Origin: a virus
Taxonomy: Duplodnaviria > Caudoviricetes
Virus record (IMG/VR): IMGVR_UViG_3300025154_001556
Reading direction: 5' to 3' (one strand)
DNA length: 64,000 nt
Positions within the stretch are counted from its first letter, which is position 1. The number at the start of each line of letters is the position of its first letter. The notes under the pieces were generated by a model. The model saw nothing but the letters and a program-made list of their open reading frames with translations, was not told the origin of the DNA and searched no databases. Positions 38,262 through 49,293 of this stretch are shown here, piece by piece. The position numbers were made by a program, and so were the translations under genes.

Positions 38262-38897
38262 CTAAATTAACAGCTTTACTCTAATAGGGTATAAAACAGT
38301 ATTATCAATATTAGCTTGGCACTTAGCAACACTGGCGCCCTTAACTACACGGGCTACAACAGTAGTATTACCAGTACATCTAGCACCGGTAGCTGCATCA
38401 GTTGCACCATCTGAATTAGTAGTACTGTTTGTTAATTTTGCCTCATCGGCGGCGGCAAACAGAGCTAAACCAGGGGTCATAGCGGTCTGTACAACACTAG
38501 CTAACATGGTACATGTATAATGTACTGTATCCCAAATACCGAGATGGGCTACACCGACCGGCGCTTCTTTTGTACCAGTAATAACACCAGCAGAACTATA
38601 AGTAGGCTGCGCAATAACATCACTTGAACCCAGGTCACCAGGCATAACGTAACCAGCAGGATGAACCTGATGATAACCTGTTTTGACTTTTTGCATGATA
38701 AAACCAAAAGGTACTTCAGCAGCGGCGGCGTGTGACATCTTAATGACTTCTGCTTCCTGATTTACAGCAGCAGAGTTCAAATATACAATAGAACCTGCAT
38801 AAGCAACTACACCACCAACACCAGCGGAACCGGTTGCTGTTTGAGCTGCATATTTACAGAATTGATTTTCTACTACAGAGTGTCTTGGTATAAACAT
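38262..38897 (-). CDS. Probable capsid cement/decoration protein
   Basis: 211 aa Ala/Gly/Thr-rich protein between scaffold and capsid genes. Confidence 0.55.
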   Translation of the reverse strand: MFIPRHSVVENQFCKYAAQTATGSAGVGGVVAYAGSIVYLNSAAVNQEAEVIKMSHAAAAEVPFGFIMQKVKTGYHQVHPAGYVMPGDLGSSDVIAQPTYSSAGVITGTKEAPVGVAHLGIWDTVHYTCTMLASVVQTAMTPGLALFAAADEAKLTNSTTNSDGATDAATGARCTGNTTVVARVVKGASVAKCQANIDNTVLYPIRVKLLI

Positions 38898-38921
38898 ATC
38901 TGTTTTCCTCCTTACCTCTAA

Positions 38922-39644
38922 TTATTCAGATTTTTTAAACATATCTGCCATTGCCTGGCCTAGTTTACTGTATTTAGCCTTCACATCATCTGAAGGAACC
39001 CCCTCCAAGTTTAAAGCAGCTGATACAGCCTTATTAGGATCTATATTAGCAGGAGGTACAGCCCCAAGATTTTGATTTGTACTATTTGCAGCGGCGGCGG
39101 CTTTATTAGCTTCATCTTCTTTGATTTTTGCTTCAGCAGCGGCGGCTGCTTTTTCATCTGCTTCTTTTTTAGCTGCTTCCATTTCGGCCATCACAGCCTC
39201 TCTAATAGAGACTAGCTCGTCTTTATAAGCGGCAAATTCCTCATCAGACATTTCTCTAACTTTGGCAATCTGAGATTCTTTGTCCTTACGAAGGATGCCT
39301 GCCGTTTCTAATGCAAGCATTCTAACTTCAGCAGCTTTGTCTTTCCGCATCTTTTCTATTTCGGCCTCTACACCAGCTAATTTCTCAGCAACAGTTGATT
39401 TCTCAAGTTTAGCTGCCTCAAGCTCACTTTTGAGTTCTTCAACGGTTTTATTCAAAGTAGCTACAGTCTCTTCTTTTACAAGAATCTCGGCGCTTTTTTC
39501 TTCCAAAGCGGTAGCTAATTCGTCAATAGTGTTAGCAGAGGTTTGAAGAGCTTCTTCCGTTTTCTGCTTCATTGCGGCCTCTTCTTTTTCTGAAAAGATT
39601 GCCTTTATTAAAACTTCGACATCTTTTTTGAATTTATCTTCCAT
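38922..39644 (-). CDS. Probable scaffolding protein
   Basis: 240 aa Glu/Lys/Ala coiled-coil upstream of the capsid genes. Confidence 0.65.
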   Translation of the reverse strand: MEDKFKKDVEVLIKAIFSEKEEAAMKQKTEEALQTSANTIDELATALEEKSAEILVKEETVATLNKTVEELKSELEAAKLEKSTVAEKLAGVEAEIEKMRKDKAAEVRMLALETAGILRKDKESQIAKVREMSDEEFAAYKDELVSIREAVMAEMEAAKKEADEKAAAAAEAKIKEDEANKAAAAANSTNQNLGAVPPANIDPNKAVSAALNLEGVPSDDVKAKYSKLGQAMADMFKKSE

Positions 39645-39743
39645 TTATAAACCTCCTAATGTTCTTTAAATATATAAAGTTAAACTTATTTTTTTTAATA
39701 CCAACCTTTAATCCTTTTCCAAACCAACTAGTTTAAAATAAAA

Positions 39744-40166
39744 CTACGGCAACATCTGAGAAGCGCCGGTATTACCGCGACAACTCATATTTGTTAAGTC
39801 AGGATTTACACCTAACTGTGCATGTACAACCACAACTGTGTCACTGGCGGCAGCAGTAGAACATACCACAGTAACAACATTGTTTACTTTATCTTTTGAG
39901 ATGTAGCAGCTGCCTACATCACCTTCTGGAGTAGCTACAAATTTACCGTATGAAGCTAAGTCGTAACCATGGAATTTAATTCCACTAGCAACAACGGCTG
40001 TTGTTGCACCACTAATTACAGTGATTTCATCAGCCCATAAATAAGGGGCTGAATGGTTATTACCTAAATTACGATAAACCATAGTAGCTCTATCATCACC
40101 CATTATTTTACATACTTTAGGTGTGCTGGCTCTTTCGCCAGTCAACGGTTGTCCGATAGAACCCAT
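39744..40166 (-). CDS. Hypothetical head-module protein
   Basis: 140 aa; AGGAGG RBS. Confidence 0.5.
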   Translation of the reverse strand: MGSIGQPLTGERASTPKVCKIMGDDRATMVYRNLGNNHSAPYLWADEITVISGATTAVVASGIKFHGYDLASYGKFVATPEGDVGSCYISKDKVNNVVTVVCSTAAASDTVVVVHAQLGVNPDLTNMSCRGNTGASQMLP

Positions 40167-40192
40167 AATTTAATCCTCCTTAACTTATTTTA

Positions 40193-41332
40193 TTAATATA
40201 AACCTTGTTTAGCCTTGTTAACTTTCTTTAATAAGTCATCAATTAATTGGCTGCGTTTAGCTTCTGCTTCTTTCTTATTTAATAAATCATTTACACACGC
40301 GGTGGCAAGCGCGGGTATTTGATGTCTTAAACAATCTGGATCAGAAGTATCCCTAGAAAAAGAAGTACATTGCTGATCATAAGCTGTACACCAATTTTCT
40401 TTTAAAACATTACTATTTTGATCTTGTGTTATACTATCTATAAGTCTTTTTTTATAATTTACACATATACCTATTGTATCTGTGTAAACTAACTCTGATT
40501 TTTCTTTAACATCTTCTATTGTTTTTTCATCCTCTATATTAGAGGAGGTTACATTATTAGCTATTTCAGTTACTTTGTCATAGTCTAGTATTAGGGGCTC
40601 GTCTTGATTTGTAACAGCATTGTCTTTTTGTGTTGCAGTTTCTAATATTACAGAGGGAGGATTAGCTGGATTTTTAACAATACCCACACCAGAAAAGCAT
40701 ATCCCTCTTAATACCCTCGCAGCTTTACCACTGGCTATCTCAACACCCTTTTTTACTACTTTAACCATAGTACCAAAAGCAGTTGATTTTTCTGTGGGGA
40801 AGCCCAATAAATCTGCTTCTTTTTTATCTAAGATAAGATTACCTATTTTTACATCATAGCTTTGGTAATATGCTTCCATACTAACTTTCCATTGATTATC
40901 GGAAACTTCCTTAGCTATATTTGGAAATCTACTTTTATAGATAATGCCAGCTATTAATATGTGCATATCAGAGGTATCTAATGATGCTTTTTCCATACTG
41001 GCTAATTCTTGAACATCCAGTTTATTGCCGTCTGCATCTACAAAAGCGTAGTCATAAATATGACCGATGATATCTGCTTCTTCGTGTTCAACATCGACAG
41101 CTTTGCTGGTGATTGATCCAGAAGCCAAAACTAACTCTGATGGTAGAAAATGCGCTAAATTTAAATTAGTACCACTACTTACAAACAAAGCACTAAAATA
41201 TTGAAGATCTGGTTGTTTATTGCTTTTATCTGGAAGTTTAATTACAGAAGAGACTTCTTTTCTGAGAGCCTCTGTTTCTTCCACCAAATCTATTTTGGCT
41301 TCCATATAAAATTTATTATTAATTTCTTTCAC
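40193..41332 (-). CDS. Prohead (capsid maturation) protease
   Basis: 379 aa; VDVEH..IIGH, WKVSMEAY (Ser) and FSGVGIVKNPANPPSVI motifs; between portal and scaffold. Confidence 0.7.
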   Translation of the reverse strand: MKEINNKFYMEAKIDLVEETEALRKEVSSVIKLPDKSNKQPDLQYFSALFVSSGTNLNLAHFLPSELVLASGSITSKAVDVEHEEADIIGHIYDYAFVDADGNKLDVQELASMEKASLDTSDMHILIAGIIYKSRFPNIAKEVSDNQWKVSMEAYYQSYDVKIGNLILDKKEADLLGFPTEKSTAFGTMVKVVKKGVEIASGKAARVLRGICFSGVGIVKNPANPPSVILETATQKDNAVTNQDEPLILDYDKVTEIANNVTSSNIEDEKTIEDVKEKSELVYTDTIGICVNYKKRLIDSITQDQNSNVLKENWCTAYDQQCTSFSRDTSDPDCLRHQIPALATACVNDLLNKKEAEAKRSQLIDDLLKKVNKAKQGLY

Positions 41333-41406
41333 AATTAAACCTCCGGATAATTATGTAATGACTTCTTATTTAAATACTTAAACTTTATACTTACTTAGTA
41401 AGTTAG

Positions 41407-43209
41407 TTAATTACTGTTTCTAATAGAATCCAATTGCTGTAAAAAAGTACTATATTCTTCTTCTGATAAATCTTTTACTATGTATTCTATTGTATTTAAC
41501 GACGCTTCTGACTTAGGTGCCTTTGCAGGTTTTTTAGTTAGTTTCTGTGGATCTGTTTCTTTTTTATTAGTGGGTGATGTAACTTTACCTGAAGGTCTAC
41601 CATTAGAAGGTGTTCCAACAGGAGCCCCTTGAACGTCCTGTGTTTTAGCCTGCTGCCATGGACTACCAGCAATCCCAAATATACCATCCTGAACTAATTG
41701 AAATTCATTAGTCATATTATTAAGTTCATTAGGATAATCAAAACCTAATAATTCTAAGGCTGTTTGATAGCTAAGCATCCTTCTATCTACTAACTGTGAT
41801 ATAGTACTCATATATAGAATGATATCCTTTAATATACTATTATCCCATCTAACTTTCGGAAATCTTTCAAAACCCATAGCCTCAGCTATCTGCCTAAATT
41901 CTTTGTACAGCCACCTACTTACTTGGCGGCGGGCATATTCAATTTCTTCCAATACCCCCTTAATAACCATATTAACACTATCAGCACTGAAATTACCAAC
42001 ACCGTCTATAAGGGCCCTAGTCATACCTAAACCACCAGTAATGTCCTCATTCACTTGTTCATATTTAGTTTTGCCTAAAATAGATGAAATTTCAGGGCTA
42101 ACTATTTTTTCTACTTTTAATGTGTGGTTCCATACAACATCGAAGGATTTACTTGGGGTATTAAATAACGCGGCTACTGCTTCTAATTCTGCTTGTGACG
42201 TTACTGGATATTCGTCATTACCCACAGTGATTTTTAGTATATAGTTAGATATACCATCTAGTGTACTTAAATCAGCCTCACGTAATGCTTTTTTATAGTT
42301 TAAGGAATCGAACACCCTAGTAAGTTTAGGTCTTGCATAACGTTCATAAGGTTGTTTTCTATAAGTAATAGTGCTTACTAACCTAGAATCCAGTTGTAAC
42401 TCTTTACCACTTTCTGCGGCGGCCCTTAAATCACTGGGAAGGGATTTAATCAGTATTTTCTCTTCTTCGGTCAAAGTGCTGGAAGGCTTTTTAAGTAGAT
42501 CTTTTAATTCTGTGGGTGTTGTGAGTTTAACTGACACACTGTCGAAGAGTAAATTGCCGTCTATGGTTACCAATGCTGGATTTAATACTGTGTAGGCTAT
42601 GGGAAGATGCCCTTTTGACCATATTTTTTTAGCCGCGGCTGTTTCTAAATTAGCTGTCTTTTTTAATGATTTTCCTGGTGCAGGTGAAAGAGTAGATACT
42701 CTTGGTTCATATTTTGCTACTACTTTGTAAGTAGTTACCTGCCCTACTTTAAAAAAGTCTAAAAATATCCATTCTAAAACTTCATCCATAGCGATATCAA
42801 ATATCCAAGTGTCATAAAAATTCTTAATATTCTCATCATCTATATCTAATTCAAACCCCTTTACTGCTAAGGAAGCCATTAAGTTTGTTGTGGTACCTAC
42901 AATTGGATCTGTGTAGTAATACCTAATAGCCTTTTTATAAGCATCTTGCGGGGTCTCATCATAAGGATCTTTGGCCAAACCAATATCTAATAAAGATCTG
43001 CTTATAGCATCTCTTGTTATTGTGGAGGCTGTTGCCTGATGTATCCTAGGTGTTACAGCGTCACCTGGTTTTTCCAGAAAAGCCAAGGACTTTTTAGTTG
43101 GCTGTAAGTAGAACATAGATTTACCATTAGCTTCATCCAGCTCTATACTTCTTATACCCACATCAGGATATTTTTCTTGTAGTTCACTTGTTAGTTTATT
43201 TAAATCCAT
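41407..43209 (-). CDS. Portal protein
   Basis: 600 aa; YYYTDPIVGTTTNLMASLA, RKQPYERYARP and IYMSTISQLVDRRMLSYQTALELLGFD patterns; between terminase and protease. Confidence 0.8.
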   Translation of the reverse strand: MDLNKLTSELQEKYPDVGIRSIELDEANGKSMFYLQPTKKSLAFLEKPGDAVTPRIHQATASTITRDAISRSLLDIGLAKDPYDETPQDAYKKAIRYYYTDPIVGTTTNLMASLAVKGFELDIDDENIKNFYDTWIFDIAMDEVLEWIFLDFFKVGQVTTYKVVAKYEPRVSTLSPAPGKSLKKTANLETAAAKKIWSKGHLPIAYTVLNPALVTIDGNLLFDSVSVKLTTPTELKDLLKKPSSTLTEEEKILIKSLPSDLRAAAESGKELQLDSRLVSTITYRKQPYERYARPKLTRVFDSLNYKKALREADLSTLDGISNYILKITVGNDEYPVTSQAELEAVAALFNTPSKSFDVVWNHTLKVEKIVSPEISSILGKTKYEQVNEDITGGLGMTRALIDGVGNFSADSVNMVIKGVLEEIEYARRQVSRWLYKEFRQIAEAMGFERFPKVRWDNSILKDIILYMSTISQLVDRRMLSYQTALELLGFDYPNELNNMTNEFQLVQDGIFGIAGSPWQQAKTQDVQGAPVGTPSNGRPSGKVTSPTNKKETDPQKLTKKPAKAPKSEASLNTIEYIVKDLSEEEYSTFLQQLDSIRNSN

Positions 43210-43227
43210 TATTTAAGCCCCTTAGTA

Positions 43228-43593
43228 TTAAACTCTTGTGTATCTTTCATAAACCCTTACTTCGGAATCTAGTCCTGTACTTACTATATATAGTGGTGCA
43301 TTTGTTACATCTTCCCATTCACCCCCAGAACCGGCTACTAATATACCATCAGCAGCCGACACACCAGAGGCAGTTATAATAGACACATCAACAGTGCCTA
43401 TATTTATAACCTTTACATAATTTCTATTATGTAAAGGAGTTGCAGGTAGCAGTGTGGGTGTGCCACTAACAGTTATAGTAGAAGTAACTATTTTATCATA
43501 ATTATCTCTACGCCCTATAATGTCTTCTATTTCATATGGCGGCGGAACGCCAACTGCTCTTGATCTTGTGTAATCATCTGTCCATGAAGCCAT
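43228..43593 (-). CDS. Hypothetical protein
   Basis: 121 aa; GGAG RBS. Confidence 0.5.
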   Translation of the reverse strand: MASWTDDYTRSRAVGVPPPYEIEDIIGRRDNYDKIVTSTITVSGTPTLLPATPLHNRNYVKVINIGTVDVSIITASGVSAADGILVAGSGGEWEDVTNAPLYIVSTGLDSEVRVYERYTRV

Positions 43594-43606
43594 AAGCTGT
43601 CTCTCC

Positions 43607-44566
43607 TTAAAATAAAGTGCTTATAGATACACCAGCACTGTAATTGGAATCTTTGTCTAAATAAATTGTTGGTCCTATGAATAAGTTTTCCATCAAAGGA
43701 AGCGGTTTACCTACATTATATTTAACTGGGGTAAAATACATAATTTCGGTATCAGAAGCTTTGGCAGCACCAAAGGCTATGAACTGCCAGTCACTGTCAG
43801 CTTTTGTTTTACCATAACTAAATAAACCTAAATCTAAACCTACCGCAGTAGCTGTACCAAATATACCAGAAAAACCTATTCTTGGGCTGTACCAAAATTT
43901 CTTTTCTTTTTCTTCACGTTTTGCCCAATTGTCGATAGTAAGGGCTACTGGAAATTTTTTATATGTACCATCCTCATTTTTACCAAGTGACGACCAGTGA
44001 TTTTCTACCCATGCTTCGGCATACCTTTTAGGGTTACCGTCATCATCTGTTGTTTCCACTATATCGGTTTTTATTTCTAATTTATGTGGTTCGACCGACC
44101 AACGTTCTTCACCTTGTATATTTGGACTTAATCGTACTACGGCTACTGGATACGGCTTTCCGGTGGCATCATTTAAATTAACTGTAACCTCTTCTAAGTC
44201 TCTTTTAGGATTTTCTGGGTCTTTATAAACAGTTTCTTTTGCTAGCCAATCTACTTTTCCAGAAAGTGTGGCAGTAGTTCTACCTATTTCATCTACACGT
44301 TCTTTATTTTCTTTTATAGTTTTTAATAGCACACTATTTTGGGCAACAAGTTGCTCAGTTAACTTTTTAATATCCGCATTGTTTGCGGCTACGGTAGCCA
44401 CAGCAGCATTAACAGCAATATTCTCTATTGTGGTTACATCCACGGGATTTTTATCATTACCAGCGAAGCTACTTATTATTTTTGGTATCTCCATGAACAG
44501 AAACACTACAAAAGCTATTAAAGCTATTGATTTAGTTATATCAAATATATTTGAATCTATTTTCAT
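43607..44566 (-). CDS. Membrane-anchored protein with coiled coil (possible lysis accessory)
   Basis: 319 aa; N-terminal TM segment (SIALIAFVVFLFMEI), coiled coil, beta-rich C-terminus ending in Phe. Confidence 0.4.
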   Translation of the reverse strand: MKIDSNIFDITKSIALIAFVVFLFMEIPKIISSFAGNDKNPVDVTTIENIAVNAAVATVAANNADIKKLTEQLVAQNSVLLKTIKENKERVDEIGRTTATLSGKVDWLAKETVYKDPENPKRDLEEVTVNLNDATGKPYPVAVVRLSPNIQGEERWSVEPHKLEIKTDIVETTDDDGNPKRYAEAWVENHWSSLGKNEDGTYKKFPVALTIDNWAKREEKEKKFWYSPRIGFSGIFGTATAVGLDLGLFSYGKTKADSDWQFIAFGAAKASDTEIMYFTPVKYNVGKPLPLMENLFIGPTIYLDKDSNYSAGVSISTLF

Positions 44567-45369
44567 ACTTTGAAACCAATTAGTTTGTGTATGTCTTTAT
44601 GACAAGTTTTACATAAAGTTACCCCATTGTTTACATCGTATAGTATTGATGTTAAGTTGTTATCCATAATATAATTAAAAGGTATTATGTGGTGTGCTAC
44701 AAGCCTACCCCCTTTTTTATCACAATTCTGACAAGTATAATTATTATTTATAAAAACCTCTGAACGCCATTGTCTATATTCCATGCTTTTACGTACAGTT
44801 TCATTAATAGTAGATACACCCCCTTTCCAGCCAGGTGCATTTTCTCCTGAAAAATTAGGCCTCTTAACACCTTTTAATGGGTGTCCTGTATGGTTATACG
44901 GTAATCTATTAGCTTTAAGATAATTACGCAAACCCTCATTCATAGCACTTGTATCAATTTTTTTACCATAAGCTGGATGTGCGTTGCCAGTGCGTCCATA
45001 CATAGGGTTTTTACTACCAAGTTTAGATAATGAGTATCTTTTTAACATATGCGCAGATCTTACTTTACCAAGATTTCCTTTACGTGTTTTTTCAGTTGCC
45101 TCTTGTGATTTTTTTGTGCCTAATAATGGAGATGGCTTACCCGTCTGTTTAGCAGAGACACCACAAGACTTACTACAATACATATTTTTATTGTGTAACA
45201 ATCCTAAAAATGAGTCACCACACCAACAGCACTTATCTATAAATGTATACTTATGAACAATCTTTTGTAAAGATTTACGGCCTTTTCTGGCATAAAAAAT
45301 AGTGTTCAGCCATAATCCAGTGGTGATGTCATAGCTTAGTTTATTTATATTGTCCCAACATAATTTCAT
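44563..45369 (-). mobile_element. Free-standing HNH homing endonuclease with NUMOD-type repeats
   Basis: WRSEVF..YTCQNC..LVAHHII..NGVTLCKTCHKDIH; GSKNPMYG and GENAPGWKGG repeats. Confidence 0.85.
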
Positions 45370-45650
45370 TTATCGGTATTAAAGCCCCCTTCGTCTTTAT
45401 CAACAAGCTTTGTGTTTATTATGATTCTGCTAGTTGCTAAGGTTATAAAACCACCACCAAGAAAACTGAGCCCCAAGGCGGCGGATATCCAAGGTTCTTT
45501 TGTTCCTGGATTGATATGAAACATACCCCACACTATTGGAATATAAATAAATAACAACCACTGATATTTTACAGAAGCTATATTTCTAAAACATTTCATA
45601 AGAAACAAATCCCAGAAATCTTTTCTAAAAATAGATATATCCATAAACAT
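45366..45650 (-). CDS. Holin-like two-TM membrane protein
   Basis: 94 aa; two hydrophobic segments and a charged C-terminus. Confidence 0.4.
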   Translation of the reverse strand: MFMDISIFRKDFWDLFLMKCFRNIASVKYQWLLFIYIPIVWGMFHINPGTKEPWISAALGLSFLGGGFITLATSRIIINTKLVDKDEGGFNTDK

Positions 45651-45693
45651 TTATCTCCACAATTTATTAATAAAGTATTATCCATATAAGAGG

Positions 45694-47424
45694 TTACTTT
45701 ATTTTTTTCTTTAATATGGCCATAGACATATTAGTATTACTTGCCACATTAGTGATGGGCTTTGCTATTTCTCTAAAAGAAGAGTTGGGTGTCCTCTCTC
45801 TGATCATACCACCACTGCTATGTAGTACAGGATCTAAAACAGTATCCACAGGTTTACTAAGTTCTTTTGCGCCGAAGCCGGCCAGTATTAATGAGGAGTA
45901 TAGATCTTTGTTTTGCCCTTTTTTGGGTGTATCAAAGTGTAGCACACCGCTGCCTGTTTGTGTTAGTATGATACTTAGTAGTTGTTTTTTAAGTTCATAT
46001 ATGGCTGCGTATTGTTCATCTAATTGATCAGACCCGTCCGGCATGCGCTCTGGAAATAGTAAAAGTCTGTCTTCAAATAATGATAACGTTGAATAGTTAG
46101 CTTCTTGTATCCACTGTGGAGTAAAATTTATTAACTCTAATATATGTTTACCTTTCCAGTGAGAATGATCTGGATTAGTTCTATCTATAATCGGTGTTGC
46201 ACCATTATAACCTTCTTCTAACAAGTCACATATAGCTTTACCACCGCCGGCCTTATCCATATATATACGAATAACGTTATACGTTTTGCAAACACTCTGT
46301 AAAGTAGTTACCATACCTTGTGTCGTGCCATTCTTTACTTCTAACATATTTACTATTCTATTTGGTTGCCCTAATTTAACTATGGACACACCACAGCTTG
46401 CTGAGCCACCTTGATTAGGGTCTACCCCAATGACATATTCAGCCTTACTATCTCCACTTAGTTCTAAGTAGTGCCCACTGTTACTTGTACATGCTTCTAG
46501 CATAGAAGCTTTAAAAAAGCCTTCGGAATCAGACACCATTTCTGCTTCATATTCCATACGAAATTCATGGTCAGACATTACCCGGCGGGCCTCTTCAATG
46601 TTGTTCTCGTCCAAGAAACCTTTTGGTAAAAACCAGTGAGGTATCTGATGCACCATAACATTAGACTCTTCTTCACCTTCTTGTATGATTTTATCCCAAT
46701 AGGCACGCATACGCCTATACATATGGTTGAATTTATAGAAGCCGGAAGAGGTCATTACCATCTTATTAACTTGATCATCATCAAAATCGTCTTCTGTGGC
46801 TAACCCGGATTCGATCAACAGCCTCATCTGTTCAAGGCGTCTAACATTAGCCATAGGATCTTGTTTAGTGGCGCCCATAGGTCGAAGAACCATATCAAGT
46901 ATCTTATCTGGAACTTGTGCTAACTCATCAATACATATTAAATAAAAACGTGAACCACGAATTTTAGCACCGTCATTACCTAGTGGTATGGCTTCAATGA
47001 ATGAACCGTTACTAGAACCAACGGATTTAAATTTAAGATAGGCTGTATCAGAGCCTCTAATAGGTTTCTTTTCTGTGGCTTCTCTGAGAATGGCTGATTT
47101 TGTATAGTGTTTTTCTACTTCTGAAAAAATCATTTTTGATTGTCTAAAAGAGGGGCCTACTAAACCAACCCTGTACCCTGGATATAGCATAGCACGCAAT
47201 GCAGCAAGTGTTCCAAGTAAAAAGCTTTTTCCAAAACCACGGCCGGCGACAGTGATTGTGTAGTCCCTAAACCACATATCCTCGAATACTATACGTTGTA
47301 TAGGGGCTAAGTCTACACCTAATAAATCGTAGGCTGCTATACAGGGATTATTTCGATAGAACTCTATTAGCATAGGCCCTTGTCCCATTACAGCATCCAT
47401 CATTCTACCTTTCTTACGAGCCAT
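45694..47424 (-). CDS. terL: Terminase large subunit
   Basis: 576 aa; Walker A AGRGFGKS, GAKIRGSRF, Walker B ICIDE, FRMEYEAE, RNase H-like IGVDP and KDLYSSL. Confidence 0.92.
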   Translation of the reverse strand: MARKKGRMMDAVMGQGPMLIEFYRNNPCIAAYDLLGVDLAPIQRIVFEDMWFRDYTITVAGRGFGKSFLLGTLAALRAMLYPGYRVGLVGPSFRQSKMIFSEVEKHYTKSAILREATEKKPIRGSDTAYLKFKSVGSSNGSFIEAIPLGNDGAKIRGSRFYLICIDELAQVPDKILDMVLRPMGATKQDPMANVRRLEQMRLLIESGLATEDDFDDDQVNKMVMTSSGFYKFNHMYRRMRAYWDKIIQEGEEESNVMVHQIPHWFLPKGFLDENNIEEARRVMSDHEFRMEYEAEMVSDSEGFFKASMLEACTSNSGHYLELSGDSKAEYVIGVDPNQGGSASCGVSIVKLGQPNRIVNMLEVKNGTTQGMVTTLQSVCKTYNVIRIYMDKAGGGKAICDLLEEGYNGATPIIDRTNPDHSHWKGKHILELINFTPQWIQEANYSTLSLFEDRLLLFPERMPDGSDQLDEQYAAIYELKKQLLSIILTQTGSGVLHFDTPKKGQNKDLYSSLILAGFGAKELSKPVDTVLDPVLHSSGGMIRERTPNSSFREIAKPITNVASNTNMSMAILKKKIK

Positions 47425-47948
47425 TATTCGTCATTACCTTTTTTAATATGTCCATCTACATCATATTTATTACCTGGATGTTCTCTCACTAATTTTTTAG
47501 ATGCCTCATCCTCTTCTTTAAGCTGCCTAACTTTACTTTCCAGTGTACCACGCTTGGTCTGATCATAGGCAAAAGCTAAGTCCACAATAGAGAATCCTTT
47601 GTGCTCGTTAGGATTAATTCGATCCTTTCGTCTAGAAGATAAGCTTTCTTTAATCTTTTCTGTTTGTTTGCGTAATTTCTCTACACTGGCTGTTATGTCT
47701 AATTGACGATTAGCATCCCCTTTACTGGTGCGTAGTAGCCTGATTTCTAAAACCTTATTGGTGGCCAGGGTCATTACATCATCTAAATCGCTTGCGGATA
47801 ATTCATCATCATCAAAGTCTTTTATGTAGATGTCTACTAGGGATGTGTAGATATTAAGCTCGTCTTCGGCGAATAATTCGCCAATAGGCATAATTTCGGT
47901 TAGGAGTTGTCTAACACTTGGTGGGTTTTTTGGTCTTCCAGCTGCCAT
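47424..47948 (-). CDS. Candidate terminase small subunit
   Basis: 174 aa coupled to terL; N-terminal AAGRPK, central helices and coiled coil. Confidence 0.45.
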   Translation of the reverse strand: MAAGRPKNPPSVRQLLTEIMPIGELFAEDELNIYTSLVDIYIKDFDDDELSASDLDDVMTLATNKVLEIRLLRTSKGDANRQLDITASVEKLRKQTEKIKESLSSRRKDRINPNEHKGFSIVDLAFAYDQTKRGTLESKVRQLKEEDEASKKLVREHPGNKYDVDGHIKKGNDE

Positions 47949-47949
47949 A

Positions 47950-48363
47950 TTATAAATCCATATAATCGTTTATATCAATACCTAATTCCGCACAACGCTC
48001 TTTAAGTAATAATATGGTTTCTGGTGTTAAATCATGGCTGAAATAGTCTATATTGTCTCCATAAACTAATTCTGTTTTACGTGTATTACGCATAGATCTA
48101 TCAGTTAATATATCTTCAAATTCGTCTAGTTCTTCTCTAATATCAGTAATCCAAGAACATAAGCTGTCATCATCAGATCTACAATATCTGTTAATTAGCT
48201 CTGTTGACAGTGGATTAAGACGTCTAAAATAAATCATTAGCGTTCTTGATATTTTATTTTTAGTTTCTTGTGTGTGCAACTGCCCTTTTTTAGATTCGCT
48301 TATTGCCATTTTACTAGTGTCACTTAACCTATATCCAGTAGGACGACCTCTTTTTTTAGTCAT
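47950..48363 (-). CDS. NUMOD3-motif DNA-binding protein without nuclease domain
   Basis: GRPTGYRLSDTSKMAISESKKGQLHTQETKNKISRTL; no HNH or GIY-YIG motif seen. Confidence 0.55.
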   Translation of the reverse strand: MTKKRGRPTGYRLSDTSKMAISESKKGQLHTQETKNKISRTLMIYFRRLNPLSTELINRYCRSDDDSLCSWITDIREELDEFEDILTDRSMRNTRKTELVYGDNIDYFSHDLTPETILLLKERCAELGIDINDYMDL

Positions 48364-48685
48364 TATCTACCTCCTGAATAGCCGCGTATGTTTTACAATT
48401 TGAACATATAATGCCCACAGTGTTCTTGTTCACATACTTAGTTACCCCACAATTTGTACATTTAACTAGCTTGTGTCTACCATCTTTCTTGGGTTTGGAA
48501 AATGTAAAAGGTAATTTACCGTAAGTATCCATTAACTTACTTTCGTCATGTATGCGTTTGTTGTGACGCGTAATACCACCAACAGGCTCATAACGTCTAC
48601 CAGTGGACCCAGGAGATAATTCCTGTTTACCAACATTTGCGTTGGCTATTCCCTTAGATAAAGCTTTAATAAACTCACTATTCAT
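48356..48685 (-). CDS. Zinc-ribbon protein
   Basis: C-terminal CTNC..CSNC. Confidence 0.55.
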   Translation of the reverse strand: MNSEFIKALSKGIANANVGKQELSPGSTGRRYEPVGGITRHNKRIHDESKLMDTYGKLPFTFSKPKKDGRHKLVKCTNCGVTKYVNKNTVGIICSNCKTYAAIQEVDND

Positions 48686-48721
48686 TATATATCACCATAA
48701 GTTTTAATAAACGTCATATAG

Positions 48722-49285
48722 TTATCTTTTGTAATAAACTTCTATTGTTTTCTTAGACGCTATGTAGTCAGACATATACACACATAACTCCTCAGGGGTG
48801 TAGTCACTTAGAGGTTTTAACCATTCACCAGTAGACCAAGGACCATAATGGTATCCCACAGACTTTCTAATTATATTAAATGAATCTTCCTCTAATATCT
48901 GTGTGGCTTCTTGAACTTCTGCTGTTAAATCAGCACCAAGTTTAGGATGGGCCTTGGATGTATGTCCTGACTTTACCAATCCTTGCTTTCTTAAATCATG
49001 GATGATACATGCCGATAAGATCTCGTCCCTTCTATCTTCACAACCCAGACCACGACATAAGTCATATGCTACTGTAAATACTTTCTTTGTATGCAGTATA
49101 GTACCATCAGGCCCCAACTCAGAAATTGGATGAAATTTACCAGTACTAGAAGCTGGACAATCTAAAAAAACGTAGTCGGGTGCTGACATAATACATAAAC
49201 GTGTAAATTCTCTCACAGAAGGATCGAATATTAATGCTAGTTCTTGTTCAAATACTGCTGCTTTTTCCTCTGGTGTAATACTCAT
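48722..49285 (-). CDS. HD-domain phosphohydrolase
   Basis: PASSTGKFH, ILHT, CIIHDL, YHYGPW and MSDY motifs. Confidence 0.75.
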   Translation of the reverse strand: MSITPEEKAAVFEQELALIFDPSVREFTRLCIMSAPDYVFLDCPASSTGKFHPISELGPDGTILHTKKVFTVAYDLCRGLGCEDRRDEILSACIIHDLRKQGLVKSGHTSKAHPKLGADLTAEVQEATQILEEDSFNIIRKSVGYHYGPWSTGEWLKPLSDYTPEELCVYMSDYIASKKTIEVYYKR

Positions 49286-49293
49286 TTAAATCC

